From positions 1 through 29,616 of the forward strand of contig CAWHEU010000006.1 in assembly GCA_963828465.1 (NCBI GenBank): a DNA stretch of 29,616 nucleotides, given 5' to 3'. Numbering within the stretch: the first letter of the stretch is position 1; each line of letters begins with the position of its first letter. Under the pieces are notes generated by a model, which was given only the letters and a program-made list of their open reading frames with translations, was not told the origin of the DNA and did not search any database. The position numbers were made by a program, and so were the translations under genes. Of the stretch, positions 10,283 through 24,452 are shown in pieces. This DNA comes from an uncultured Acidobacteriota bacterium (GTDB taxonomy: Bacteria; Actinomycetota; Acidimicrobiia; Spongiisociales; ZC4RG35).

Positions 10283-11275
10283 TTATCGCCTCTCCGCGGG
10301 CTCGTCGACGTCAGGCCCGTGCTCGGCGGCGATGTGGAGCAGCGGGTCACCCGGGTTGACCAGTGGGTTGAGGTTGCGGGCGATCACCCATCCCGAAGTC
10401 GTCGTCTTGACCCGAGTCGGTCTGACGCCGAATGCGTCCGAGATCCGGGCGACCTCATCACCCGCTTCGACACGGTCACCGAGCTCCGGCGAGATCTCGA
10501 CGAGCCCGCCACGCCGTGCCCTCATCCATCGAGTCCTCCGCACCAATGTGGTCGCGCCGGGCCTGGGAAGCCTCATGTCGACCAGCCCCATCGAGCGAAG
10601 TGTCCGCATGACTCCCTCGAAGCCCATAGAGATCGAATCCTCGTCGGTTCGATCCGCCTGGCCCGCTTCGTAGAGGAGCATCTTGATTCCCTGTTCGGCG
10701 GCTGCCTGCCGGAGTGAGCCATCACGCACCCGGGCCTTGATCGTGAACGGAGCGCCGAATGCCCGCGCCAGCTCGAGAGTCTCCGGATCATCGATGTCAG
10801 CTCGAAGCTGAGGAAGATTGGTCCGGTGGTTCGAGGCCGTATGGCAATCGATCCCGACCGAACAATGCGCCACGACTTCTGTCATGAAGAGATGGGCCAG
10901 ACGCGACGCGGTCGAACCGCGGGCGGAGCCGGGGAAGACGCGATTGAGGTCGCGGCGATCGGGGACATATCGGGAGCGGACCATGAATCCGAGCGGGTTC
11001 ACGATCGGCACCGCGATCACGGCGCCGCGCAAGGTCTTGGCATCGAGGGCCCTCATCACCTTGCGAACGACTTCGACTCCATTGATCTCATCGCCGTGTA
11101 TGCCGCCCGACACCCAAACGTTGGGCCCGGACGTGCGCCCGTTGATCACCGCGATTGGGAGTGAGGCCTCCGTGCCGGCGGGGAGGTGGGCGAAGGGGAG
11201 CTCGATCCTCATCTTCCGCCCGGGAGGGACTGTGACCTTGCCGATCGTTATCGGATCGTTGCGGGGGTCAACCAC
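10283..11275 (-). CDS. Succinylglutamate desuccinylase/aspartoacylase (M14-like) family protein
   Basis: [28 protein letters not shown]-terminal lipoyl-like segment ([14 protein letters not shown]). GTG 11275 overlaps the rimK stop. Confidence 0.92.
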   Translation of the reverse strand: MVDPRNDPITIGKVTVPPGRKMRIELPFAHLPAGTEASLPIAVINGRTSGPNVWVSGGIHGDEINGVEVVRKVMRALDAKTLRGAVIAVPIVNPLGFMVRSRYVPDRRDLNRVFPGSARGSTASRLAHLFMTEVVAHCSVGIDCHTASNHRTNLPQLRADIDDPETLELARAFGAPFTIKARVRDGSLRQAAAEQGIKMLLYEAGQADRTDEDSISMGFEGVMRTLRSMGLVDMRLPRPGATTLVRRTRWMRARRGGLVEISPELGDRVEAGDEVARISDAFGVRPTRVKTTTSGWVIARNLNPLVNPGDPLLHIAAEHGPDVDEPAERR

Positions 11276-12170
11276 GGCCGGATCGGGCCGCCGGCTCGTG
11301 GTCGGCGTGGTCCTCGATGAATTCGATGATCGCATCGGCGATGTCGATGCCGCTCGCCGTCTCGATCCCTTCCAGGCCAGGCGAGGAGTTGACCTCGAGC
11401 ACCATCGGCCCCGCGTCCGACTGGAGCAGGTCGACGCCGGCGACGTTCAATCCCATGGTCTTCGCCGCCCGCACCGCGGTGGCCCGCTCTGCCGCCGACA
11501 ACTTGATCGATTCGGCGTAGCCACCCCGATGGAGGTTCGACCTGAACTCACCGGGTGGGCCCTGCCGCTTCATCGCTGCCACCACTTTCCCTCCGACGAC
11601 GAACGCCCTGATGTCGGATCCTCGGGCTTCCTTGACGTACTCCTGGACCAGGATGTTGGCGTCGAGCTGGCGGAAGGCCGAGATGACCGAGTCTGCCGCT
11701 TTCCTCGTCTCGGCCAGCACGACACCGAGTCCTTGGGTGCCCTCGAGCAGCTTGACAACCACCGGTGGGCCGCCCACGACGTCGAGCAGTCCGTCGATGT
11801 CGTGAGTGGAATGGGCGAAGCTCGTCGTGGGGAGACCGACACCGGCGCGTGAGAGGAGTTGCAGCGATCGCAGCTTGTCCCGGGACCGGCTGATTGCCTG
11901 GGAGTCGTTCAAGGTGAAGACGCCTGCCATCTCGAATTGGAGGACCACCGCTGCCCCGTAGAAGGTATAGGTGGCACCGATCCGGGGGATCACGGCGTCG
12001 GGCCTCACCTCCTCCCCTCGAAACAGGATCTTCGGCGTCCTCGCCGAGATCTCCATGTAGCACCTCAGATAGTCGACTATCGCCACCTCGTGGCCCCGGA
12101 GCAGTGCAGCTTCTCGGAGCCTCTGGGTCGAGTACAGACCCGAGTTGCGGGAGAGGATGGCGAGCTTCAT
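11268..12170 (-). CDS. rimK: RimK family alpha-L-glutamate ligase (ATP-grasp)
   Basis: [65 protein letters not shown]. Confidence 0.96.
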   Translation of the reverse strand: MKLAILSRNSGLYSTQRLREAALLRGHEVAIVDYLRCYMEISARTPKILFRGEEVRPDAVIPRIGATYTFYGAAVVLQFEMAGVFTLNDSQAISRSRDKLRSLQLLSRAGVGLPTTSFAHSTHDIDGLLDVVGGPPVVVKLLEGTQGLGVVLAETRKAADSVISAFRQLDANILVQEYVKEARGSDIRAFVVGGKVVAAMKRQGPPGEFRSNLHRGGYAESIKLSAAERATAVRAAKTMGLNVAGVDLLQSDAGPMVLEVNSSPGLEGIETASGIDIADAIIEFIEDHADHEPAARSGRG

Positions 12171-12634
12171 TCGTTTTCCTGGGCCCGTCCCGGGCGTGCT
12201 CCCAGGTAGCTGCGACCGGGGTCGATGACAAAGTTGCTCCGCACCGCCCGCCGACCGAGGAGCATGCGAAAGCCCATTTCGTCCCGGCTGGTCAGATTGA
12301 CCAAGGCGTTCAGCTCCACCCCGGCCACCAGAACCCTGGTTCTTATGACCGGGCGCAGCTCACTTCGACCTCCGGGGTTCTTCACCTTCTTCTCCATTGC
12401 CAGGGGAGCCTCGCATTGGATGGAAGGCTTCCTCGATCTCTGCTTGGGATGGATCTCGAAGCGAACGTACTCGGTGCCGTCCACGTCGAACCGTTCGAGA
12501 TTGAATGCGTGGAGCGATGAGTTATCGGCACCGGTGTCGACCTTGACCTTCATCTCGGCAACACCGAGATCGGGCAGTTGGACCCACTCCCGCCAACCGA
12601 TGATCGCCTTGTGCTCGTCGGCCCGTCTACTCAT
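12167..12634 (-). CDS. RimK-associated retropepsin-like protease (RimB / 'ATP-dependent zinc protease' family)
   Basis: [33 protein letters not shown]; ATGA overlap with rimK. Confidence 0.92.
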   Translation of the reverse strand: MSRRADEHKAIIGWREWVQLPDLGVAEMKVKVDTGADNSSLHAFNLERFDVDGTEYVRFEIHPKQRSRKPSIQCEAPLAMEKKVKNPGGRSELRPVIRTRVLVAGVELNALVNLTSRDEMGFRMLLGRRAVRSNFVIDPGRSYLGARPGRAQENE

Positions 12635-12730
12635 ACCCGCACGACCGTTGACGGTCCTCTCCGTGATGGCATGACACCTGGATCACCGGCGGCATCGTAG
12701 AGATCGGAGAACCGGCTTCGGCGGGGCACA

Positions 12731-12913
12731 ATGATCAGGGTGAAGACCGGTCGACGCGAGAACCCGAAGAAGAAGGTGCCGGCCTGGCTGATGGGTCTCT
12801 TCTTCGCGGTGATCGTCTTCATCATCGTCCTGCTCGTGGTCAACGCTCTGGGCTACGGGGATGATCCCGCGGTCGGCGCTCTGGCAGACGGGGGACTCTG
12901 GCCGACCCGATAG
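12731..12913 (+). CDS. Small single-pass membrane protein, unknown function
   Basis: Basic N-terminus (RRENPKKK), one TM helix, LGYGDDP tail; fills the intergenic gap. Start may be GTG 12740. Confidence 0.7.
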   Translation: MIRVKTGRRENPKKKVPAWLMGLFFAVIVFIIVLLVVNALGYGDDPAVGALADGGLWPTR

Positions 12914-12928
12914 CCGCGCCCGCTTGGG

Positions 12929-14611
12929 CTATGTCGGCGGTGGGGGGATGGGATTGCCGCTGCAGTCGATGCCCTCTGCCGGCCTGTAGTCGGCGAGGAA
13001 GGTGTCGACGACGACCCTCCCGTCGGGGTAAGTGCGCTGCCGGTCGGTCTCCACATGGGTGCATGCCCCACGACTAGAGGAGCGCTGGTCGAGCTCTTCG
13101 ATCTCTATGTGCTTGGTCGAATACATGCTGACCGTGATCGACTCGTCCGTGTAGGACGTCCAGATCAGGATCGGGTGGTTGGTGGTATTGGTCATCACCA
13201 GGTCCGGGGCCGGGTTTGAGATCGTCGCCTCGCGTCCGTAGGGGTATCGGGAGAAGTAGAGGCTGTGGCTCCTGTACTCGACGAAGTCCATCCCGGCGAA
13301 GTAGGCAGCGTTGAAGATCGTCGTGGCGAACTGGGACACGCCCCCTCCGACCTCTTCGATCAGATGGCCCTGACGAATGGCGCCGGCGGAGAAGAATCCG
13401 TTCTCGACAGTGCGGGGACCGACGTACTCGTTGAGCGAGATCGTCTCCCCGGGCACCAGATAGACGCCGCGCACGATGTCGGCGATCCGCTGGATGTTCC
13501 TCACCCGCGTCTCACAGCAGCTGTGCGGCGTGGTGAACTCGCCCACCTTCTCCACTATCAGGCTGCCGTCGGCCCAGGCTGCCAGGGCGGGATCGACAGT
13601 CGGCCGCGACTGGAGCCCGAACGGGCCGCTCGAGCCGGAAAGGATCTGCTGGCCGAGCCACTTGCCCACCCCGGCCTCGCAGCAGACCGGGGGTGGGTCG
13701 CCCGGGGTGAGGACGGCGGGGACATCGTCGGTCACGGTGAACGTTGGCTCGACGAAGCTGCCCACCGGTCCGACGATTGTGTTCTCGAGCGTGGCATGAA
13801 GCGCGTCGCTGTCGAAGGCGACGCCGATCTCGCCACCGCCGATATCGAAGCGGAGATGTGACTGCAGGACGGCGGGGCTCAGTGTCGCGGTCTTGCCGTC
13901 CACCGAGATGTCGACCCCCTCACCGGTCTGGCCATTGAGCCGCTCGACGGTTTCTCCGGCGACCTCGTCAGACACGCTGGGGTGGATCTCCTCTACATCG
14001 ATGTCGAGGCGATCTGGGGGAGCGATGAGGTCGACTTCCCCGAGTTGATCCACTAACGAGTCGATGTTGGCCTCGGTCCCTATGACTCCGGGGATCAAGA
14101 CGAGTTGGCCACCGCCATCGGGCTCGATCTTTGGCTCGGTGACCACGACCGGAGTCAGCCCGGGGTGATTGTCGAGCGCCTTTCTTGCCTGCTCCGGGTC
14201 GAAGGCCCACTGCTCTTCGATTTCGTCGGTCGCCACCCCGCCAACGGCCCATGACGAGAACTGCCGCCACACCGAGCCCTCGTGTCGGGCGGCAAGAACG
14301 GCGGCCGCTGTGGCCTGCTGGTCGTACGAGAAGCCGATTGTCCCGAGGGGGACGGCGAGCTCACCTTCCCCGTAATCGATCATGACCTGCCGTTCGAGGA
14401 TCTCAGAGGAGCGATCGGCGACCGTCGACTGGACGCCGGCAGGGGTGACGCCTTCCATTGGCTCGCCCGCGTAGCTCACGTTGTTCGCAACGACCACACC
14501 GTCATTGGACACGTGTTGGGACCATCCCACCCCGGCAAGGGCGAACATGATCAGACCGAGCGCCAGGAACGCCCAGGAGAAGATGGAGAGCGGAGCAGCA
14601 TGCTTGGCCAA
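12929..14611 (-). CDS. VanW family membrane-anchored protein with putative peptidoglycan-binding region
   Basis: N-terminal TM; RVRNI, SLNEYVGPRT, GGGVSQFATTIFNAAYFAG, HSLYFSRYPYGREAT. Confidence 0.9.
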   Translation of the reverse strand: MAKHAAPLSIFSWAFLALGLIMFALAGVGWSQHVSNDGVVVANNVSYAGEPMEGVTPAGVQSTVADRSSEILERQVMIDYGEGELAVPLGTIGFSYDQQATAAAVLAARHEGSVWRQFSSWAVGGVATDEIEEQWAFDPEQARKALDNHPGLTPVVVTEPKIEPDGGGQLVLIPGVIGTEANIDSLVDQLGEVDLIAPPDRLDIDVEEIHPSVSDEVAGETVERLNGQTGEGVDISVDGKTATLSPAVLQSHLRFDIGGGEIGVAFDSDALHATLENTIVGPVGSFVEPTFTVTDDVPAVLTPGDPPPVCCEAGVGKWLGQQILSGSSGPFGLQSRPTVDPALAAWADGSLIVEKVGEFTTPHSCCETRVRNIQRIADIVRGVYLVPGETISLNEYVGPRTVENGFFSAGAIRQGHLIEEVGGGVSQFATTIFNAAYFAGMDFVEYRSHSLYFSRYPYGREATISNPAPDLVMTNTTNHPILIWTSYTDESITVSMYSTKHIEIEELDQRSSSRGACTHVETDRQRTYPDGRVVVDTFLADYRPAEGIDCSGNPIPPPPT

Positions 14612-14685
14612 GGTGCCCGGTCATGGTATTGGGATCTGGTCGTAGTGCCCGGCACCTGAGCCCACGATCATCCCCGCGCAAAGCC

Positions 14686-14715
14686 TTGACGGTCTTCTCG
14701 GCGCCGCTGTATGCT
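14686..14715 (+). promoter_or_regulatory. Housekeeping-sigma promoter of rpoBC
   Basis: TTGACG-N18-TATGCT about 165 nt upstream of rpoB. Confidence 0.7.
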
Positions 14716-14721
14716 GACCAT

Positions 14722-14879
14722 CGACCTACGGGTCCGGGACTGCCGCAGCGTTCGTCTGGACGAAGCCGATGTGGCGGTTTCGACAATTGAAGATTTCAAT
14801 TGGAGGCATGCTGACGCGTCTGTTAGCATGCCTTGTCTGCGTTACTTAGACCTGATCCGGATCCCTCAGGAGGCCCCCC
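14722..14879 (+). promoter_or_regulatory. Structured rpoB 5' leader
   Basis: Back-to-back hairpins at 14723-14734, 14761-14782, 14784-14802, 14804-14833 and 14851-14870; SD AGGAGG at 14868-14873. Confidence 0.55.
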
Positions 14880-17800
14880 TTGGTTTCGCGCGTTACTGAG
14901 CGCTTTTCATTTGGAAAAATCCCCGAAGTACTACCTCTTCCCGACCTCCTTGCAGTCCAACACGAATCCTTCAAGTGGTTCCTCGACGAGGGTTTCCGCG
15001 AGATCTTCGAAGAGATCAGCCCCATCGAGGACTTCACAGGTTCACTCGCCCTCGAGCTGACCGACCATCGCTTCGGCGAGCCTCAGATGAGCCTCGAGGA
15101 GGCCAAGGAGCGGGATTCCAACTACGCAATGCCCTTGTTCGTCACCGCCCGGTTCATGAACCGGCAGACGGGTGAGATCAAGGAGCAGCAGGTCTTCCTC
15201 GGAGACTTTCCGATCATGACCGACAAGGGCGTGTTCATCATCAACGGGACGGAGCGAGTCATCGTCTCCCAGTTGGTGCGGTCCCCGGGCATCTACTTCG
15301 ACAAGACCCCGGACAAGACCTCCGACAGGGAGATCTTCTCGGGCAAGATCATCCCGGGTCGCGGTGCGTGGCTCGAGTTCGACACAGACAAGAAGGACAC
15401 CATCGGTGTCCGGGTCGACCGCAAACGCCGGCAGTACATCACGGCCTTCCTCAAGGCGCTCGGTATCGCCGAGACGGACGAGGAGATCCTGGCGATGTTC
15501 GACGGCGCCGAGTCGATCAAGAACACCATCGAGAAGGACACCGCCCATTCCAAGGAAGAGGCGTTGCTCGACCTCTACCGCAAGTTGCGTCCTGGTGAGC
15601 CCACCACGGTCGAGTCGGCCCGCGGTCTCATCCAGACTCTTTTCCGCAACCCGAAGCGGTATGACCTGACCAGGGTCGGTCGCTACAAGATCAGCCAGAA
15701 GTACCGGGAGGACTCCCCGACCGATTACCGGGCCGAGGGCCTCCAGCTGTTGCGCGACGAGGACATCATCGACGCCATCAAGTACCTGGTGGCGCTTCAC
15801 GCCGGCCAGACCACGATGACGACGCACACCGGGACCGAGGTCGCGGTCAACACCGACGACATCGACCATTTCGGCAACCGGCGCATCCGCACAGTCGGCG
15901 AGCTGGTCCAGAACCAGGTTCGTGTCGGGCTAACCCGTCTCGAGCGAGTGGTCCGGGAGCGCATGACGACCCAGGACCCGGATGCGATCACCCCGCAGAG
16001 CCTGATCAACATCCGTCCGGTCACGGCTGCGATCAAGGAGTTCTTCGGGACCTCTCAGCTGTCGCAGTTCATGGACCAGCCCAACCCGCTGGCCGGGCTC
16101 ACCCACCGTCGCCGTCTCTCGGCGCTCGGGCCTGGTGGGCTCTCACGTGAGCGGGCCGGGTTCGAGGTCAGGGACGTCCACCCCTCTCACTACGGGCGGA
16201 TGTGCCCCATCGAGACGCCGGAGGGGCCGAACATCGGTCTGATCGGCTCCCTCGCCTCGTACGCCAGGGTCAATGAGTTCGGATTCATCGAGACCCCCTA
16301 CCGCAAGGTCGAGTCCGGCAAGGTCACCACCAAGGTCGAGTATCTGACTGCGATCGAGGAGGAGCGATTCGTCATCGCCCAGGCCAACGCCCCACTCAAG
16401 GAGGACAGCACGTTCCAGAACCCGAAGGTGCTGGTGCGCCGCGCCGGCGGCGGTGGAGACGTCGAATACATCCCGGCCAAGGACGTCGACTACATGGATG
16501 TCTCCCCGAAACAGATCGTTTCGGTCTCGACCTCACTCATCCCGTTCCTCGAGCATGACGATGCCAACCGCGCCCTGATGGGCTCGAACATGCAGCGTCA
16601 GGCGGTGCCACTCCTCACGGCCGATGCCCCGCTGGTCGGGACCGGAGTCGAGCAGCGAGCCGCTCAGGACTCGGGCGACATGATCGTCTCTCCGATCATC
16701 GGCGAGGTCGTCGAGGTCACCGGTGACGAGATCGTCATCAAGGAGAAGGAGACCAACAAGAAGCACACTTTCGTGCTCGACAAGTTCCGCCGCTCCAACC
16801 AGGGCACGTGCATGAACCACAAGCCGCTGGTCCGGGAGGGCGACACGGTCAAGGTGGGCGATGTCCTCGCAGACGGGCCTTCCACCGAGACCGGTGAGCT
16901 CGCGCTCGGCCGGAACCTGCTGGTTGCCTTCATGCCTTGGCAAGGTCACAACTTCGAAGACGCCATCATCATCTCCGAGCGTCTCGTCAAGGACGATGTC
17001 CTCACCTCGATCCACATCGAGGAGCACGAGATCGACGCCCGTGACACCAAGCTCGGCGCGGAGGAGATCACCAGGGACATCCCGAACGTGCCCGAAGAGG
17101 TCCTGGCCAACCTCGACGAGGAGGGGATCATCCGGGTCGGCGCCGAAGTGGGCCCGGGCGACTATCTCGTGGGCAAGGTCACCCCCAAGGGTGAGACCGA
17201 GCTCACCCCCGAGGAGCGCCTCCTGCGCGCCATCTTCGGTGAGAAGGCTCGCGAAGTCCGTGACACGTCGCTCAAGGTCCCGCATGGCGAGACCGGCAAG
17301 GTCATCGCCGTCAAGGTCTTCAAGCGGGCCGAGGGATACGACCTACCACCCGGGGTCAACGAGCTGGTTCGGATCTACGTCGCTCAGCAACGCAAGATCT
17401 CTGAGGGAGACAAGCTGGCCGGCCGTCACGGCAACAAGGGAGTCATCTCCAAGGTCCTCCCCGAGGAAGAGATGCCGTTCCTGGCCGACGGCACCCCGGT
17501 CGACATCATCCTGTCGCCTCTTGGTGTCCCCTCCCGCATGAATCTGGGTCAGGTCCTCGAGACTCACCTCGGCTGGGCCGCCGCCCAGGGCTGGGAGCCC
17601 TTCGACGGGAAGAGCCCGGCGGTTGGGGGAGTCAAGCCGTGGACCAAGGTGGCGACGCCGGTATTCGACGGCGCCCGCGAGGACGAGATCATGCAGGTGA
17701 TCCAGAGTGCCCGACCCAACCGGGACGGCGATCGCCTGGTCGGTGACGACGGGAAGGCCTACCTAATCGATGGCCGCACAGGCGAGCCCTTCGACAGCCC

Positions 17801-18257
17801 GGTCACCGTCGGATACATCTACATGTTGAAACTGGTCCATCTGGTGGACGAGAAGATCCACGCCAGGTCGACCGGCCCCTACAGCATGATCACCCAGCAG
17901 CCGCTCGGTGGTAAGGCCCAGTTCGGTGGTCAGCGGTTCGGCGAGATGGAGGTGTGGGCCCTCGAGGCCTATGGCGCCGCCTATGCCCTCCAAGAGCTGC
18001 TCACCATCAAGTCCGACGATGTCCAGGGCCGGGTCAAGGTCTACGAAGCGATCGTGAAGGGCGACAACATCCCCGAGCCAGGCATCCCGGAGTCGTTCCG
18101 GGTGCTGGTCAAGGAGATGCAGAGCCTCTGCCTCAACGTGGAGATGCTCTCCGCCGGTGAGGAGGTCGAGCTGAGGGAGCTCGAGGAGGAGTCCTATCGC
18201 TCGGTGGAGACCCTCGGCATCGACCTGAGTCGACCCGAGCGCCCAGATAGTGAGTAA
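14880..18257 (+). CDS. rpoB: RNA polymerase beta subunit
   Basis: [53 protein letters not shown]; TTG start after AGGAGG. Confidence 0.99.
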   Translation: MVSRVTERFSFGKIPEVLPLPDLLAVQHESFKWFLDEGFREIFEEISPIEDFTGSLALELTDHRFGEPQMSLEEAKERDSNYAMPLFVTARFMNRQTGEIKEQQVFLGDFPIMTDKGVFIINGTERVIVSQLVRSPGIYFDKTPDKTSDREIFSGKIIPGRGAWLEFDTDKKDTIGVRVDRKRRQYITAFLKALGIAETDEEILAMFDGAESIKNTIEKDTAHSKEEALLDLYRKLRPGEPTTVESARGLIQTLFRNPKRYDLTRVGRYKISQKYREDSPTDYRAEGLQLLRDEDIIDAIKYLVALHAGQTTMTTHTGTEVAVNTDDIDHFGNRRIRTVGELVQNQVRVGLTRLERVVRERMTTQDPDAITPQSLINIRPVTAAIKEFFGTSQLSQFMDQPNPLAGLTHRRRLSALGPGGLSRERAGFEVRDVHPSHYGRMCPIETPEGPNIGLIGSLASYARVNEFGFIETPYRKVESGKVTTKVEYLTAIEEERFVIAQANAPLKEDSTFQNPKVLVRRAGGGGDVEYIPAKDVDYMDVSPKQIVSVSTSLIPFLEHDDANRALMGSNMQRQAVPLLTADAPLVGTGVEQRAAQDSGDMIVSPIIGEVVEVTGDEIVIKEKETNKKHTFVLDKFRRSNQGTCMNHKPLVREGDTVKVGDVLADGPSTETGELALGRNLLVAFMPWQGHNFEDAIIISERLVKDDVLTSIHIEEHEIDARDTKLGAEEITRDIPNVPEEVLANLDEEGIIRVGAEVGPGDYLVGKVTPKGETELTPEERLLRAIFGEKAREVRDTSLKVPHGETGKVIAVKVFKRAEGYDLPPGVNELVRIYVAQQRKISEGDKLAGRHGNKGVISKVLPEEEMPFLADGTPVDIILSPLGVPSRMNLGQVLETHLGWAAAQGWEPFDGKSPAVGGVKPWTKVATPVFDGAREDEIMQVIQSARPNRDGDRLVGDDGKAYLIDGRTGEPFDSPVTVGYIYMLKLVHLVDEKIHARSTGPYSMITQQPLGGKAQFGGQRFGEMEVWALEAYGAAYALQELLTIKSDDVQGRVKVYEAIVKGDNIPEPGIPESFRVLVKEMQSLCLNVEMLSAGEEVELRELEEESYRSVETLGIDLSRPERPDSE

Positions 18258-18301
18258 CGAGTTTCACACCACCCAACCACCCAAAACCACGAACGAAGTG
18301 A

Positions 18302-22231
<3,930 letters not shown>

Positions 22232-22273
22232 GTGGTGAGTGGTGAGATCACTAGCCGTCACCCATAACCGACC

Positions 22274-22303
22274 AGAGGAGCCGCCCGCCGGGGCGGCTCT
22301 TCT
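22274..22303 (+). terminator. Intrinsic terminator hairpin after rpoC
   Basis: AGAGGAGCCGCCC-GCCG-GGGCGGCTCTTCT with a weak U tract. Confidence 0.75.
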
Positions 22304-22305
22304 CG

Positions 22306-22333
22306 TTGACAGGAACTTGCCCGGAGATAGCTT
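22306..22333 (+). promoter_or_regulatory. Candidate housekeeping promoter of the inserted gene
   Basis: TTGACA-N16-TAGCTT immediately after the terminator. Confidence 0.55.
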
Positions 22334-22383
22334 TTCCATGCGGCGGGGACTGGTGGCTGCGCGGTCAAGCGAGGTCTCCGTCG

Positions 22384-23330
22384 ATGAGTGTCAACCCAGG
22401 TCCGCCCGGGAAGGGTGCGAAGCGCCTATCCCCGGATGAGCTCGCCCAGGAGGTGGCAAGCCTCCTCAAGGGGGGCGCATCTGGTCACCCCGAGCGGCGC
22501 CTGCGTATCGACATCGTCACCTTGAGCAGGATCGTGATGGCGCTTGCTGTCGTCCTATTCGGGGTCGGCGTGGCCGTCGCTGTGCCCTGGATCGGCGGCC
22601 TCGTCGGATTCGAGACCCCGGGCATGGTCATTCAGGGAGGCCCCGTTGTCGGCTGCCCTGGAGAGATCGAAATCGGGGAGGTATTCAAAGGTGAGACGGT
22701 GCAGGTGGTGGGGCGGACAGATGACGGCGTCTACTTCGCTGTGCGTGATGAGCGAGGGCCTGGTGATGTCGTCTACGTCGACGCCAGACAATCACTGATG
22801 TCGATGACGAAGACTTGCTTCCAGCGAGGTCGTGCGAGCCCAGGGACCAGTCAGTGGTCCTGGCGGCGGCGACCACCGTGGGCCCGGGTGATCCCACCCC
22901 AACGACGATAGTCGTGACATCGACGACCCTGGTGGGGGAGACCCACGACGACTGCCCGACAGGCCCGGACGGGAGGGTTGGCCGTCCACCTCGCCGCGGC
23001 ACGGCGACCCCGGGTGCCCCGACGACGACCACACCACCATCCACGGCTCCTGACGGTCCCGGGCCGACCACGACCAAGGGGCCGGGCTCGTCCACAACCA
23101 CCACCCGGCCGGGCCGACCCCACGACCCGCCCGCCAGCTCCTCATCGACGACCCACCACCACGACGACTCGACCCCCAGCCACGACGTCATCCACCACGA
23201 CATCGACGACGACAACGACCCAGCCGACGACCACCACCACCGAGGCCACGACACGACCACGGGCCAGACGACACCACCGAGGTGACGACCTCCACGACTC
23301 GAGCCCGAGCCCACCACCACCGTTCCCTAG
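22384..23330 (+). CDS. Membrane-anchored protein with SH3-like segment and Thr/Pro/Ser-rich tail (multiple indels)
   Basis: GAGGT SD, ATG 22384, TM helix, GETVQVVGRTDDGVYFAV...VVYV; Thr-rich reading continues across ORFs 22306, 22815 and 22978; reconstructed end EPEPTTTVP* at 23330. Confidence 0.65.
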
Positions 23331-23340
23331 GCAAATCAAT

Positions 23341-23370
23341 TTGGCCCTAGTCGGCGAAGACACATAGAAT
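23341..23370 (+). promoter_or_regulatory. Candidate str operon promoter
   Basis: TTGGCC-N18-TAGAAT about 140 nt upstream of rpsL. Confidence 0.6.
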
Positions 23371-23508
23371 CGGTCCTTCGTCCGGGGCCGCTCGCTTATT
23401 GAGCGCGACCGGATGGGCCGGGCACGCCCAGTGCCCGGTACGCAAGGCTTCACATCAGGAACGACGTTTGGGGTGTGCCCGTGTCGCTTCCTGGCGTTTA
23501 GGAGAAAC

Positions 23509-23880
23509 ATGCCGACGATCGAGCAACTTGTCCGCGAGGGCAGGAAGCCAAAGAAGAAGAAGGCCAAGACGGCTGCACTAGGCGGCGCCCCACAACGGCG
23601 CGGTGTGTGCACCCGCGTCTACACCGTGACGCCCAAGAAGCCGAACTCGGCTCTGCGCAAGGTGGCGCGTGTGCGTCTCTCTTCACAGGTCGAGGTCACC
23701 GCCTACATCCCCGGTGAGGGCCACAACCTCCAGGAGCACAGCATCGTGCTGGTTCGCGGTGGGCGGGTCCGCGACCTGCCGGGCGTGCGCTACAAGGTGA
23801 TCCGCGGCACCCTCGATGCGTCCGGCGTCAGCGATCGCAGGCAGGCCCGCAGCCGCTACGGATCGAAGAAGGTGTCCTGA
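23509..23880 (+). CDS. rpsL: 30S ribosomal protein S12
   Basis: [28 protein letters not shown]; AGGAG SD. Confidence 0.99.
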   Translation: MPTIEQLVREGRKPKKKKAKTAALGGAPQRRGVCTRVYTVTPKKPNSALRKVARVRLSSQVEVTAYIPGEGHNLQEHSIVLVRGGRVRDLPGVRYKVIRGTLDASGVSDRRQARSRYGSKKVS

Positions 23881-24347
23881 TGCGACGGGCACCGGCACAG
23901 AAGCGAAAGATCGAGCCAGACCCGGTATTCCGGAGCGTCCTCGTCAGCAAGGTCATCAACAAGGTCTTGTGGAAGGGGAAGAAGAACACCGCCCGAGAGA
24001 TCGTGTACGGAGCCCTCGAAGTCGTGGAGCAGCGGACCAGTCAGGACCCGAGCGTGATCCTCAAACGAGCGGTGGACAATGTCCGGCCCCAGGTCGAGGT
24101 GCGATCCCGCCGGGTTGGTGGAAGCTCCTATCAGGTGCCCGTCGAGGTGTCGGCCCGGCGTCAGGAGACTCTGGCCATTCGATGGCTGGTCAACTTCGCC
24201 AGACAGCGACGTGAGCCGACCATGGCGATGCGTCTCGCCAACGAGATCCTGGATGCCTCGAACTACACCGGGGCTGCGATCAAGCGCAAGGAAGATGTTC
24301 ACAAGATGGCGGAGTCCAACAAGGCCTTCGCCCACTACCGCTGGTAA
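23880..24347 (+). CDS. rpsG: 30S ribosomal protein S7
   Basis: [31 protein letters not shown]. Confidence 0.99.
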   Translation: MRRAPAQKRKIEPDPVFRSVLVSKVINKVLWKGKKNTAREIVYGALEVVEQRTSQDPSVILKRAVDNVRPQVEVRSRRVGGSSYQVPVEVSARRQETLAIRWLVNFARQRREPTMAMRLANEILDASNYTGAAIKRKEDVHKMAESNKAFAHYRW

Positions 24348-24452
24348 CCCGAGGAACGTTCCAGCAGGCGGGCCCGACACCGAAACGGGCCCGAACCGCA
24401 GGACGTGGGACGTTCACAACCGCATATCGAGTCGGAGTAAGAGAAGAAGAGA

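Noticed and set aside
12929-14611. VanW as evidence of glycopeptide resistance
   Set aside because: No vanHAX or vanRS nearby; VanW domains are widespread outside resistance clusters.
18266-18290. ACCACCCAA duplication in the rpoB-rpoC spacer
   Set aside because: Only two short copies in an unstructured C/A-rich spacer; no supportable function.
22900-23330. ACG/ACC-rich repeats as a CRISPR array or poly-His protein
   Set aside because: No fixed repeat-spacer period. The His/Asp-rich reading is the shifted frame of Thr codon runs.
23413-23508. N-terminal extensions in the ORF track for rpsL (also nucS, trmL, M20, rplC, rplD)
   Set aside because: Family N-termini and SD or overlap positions indicate the downstream starts listed in features.
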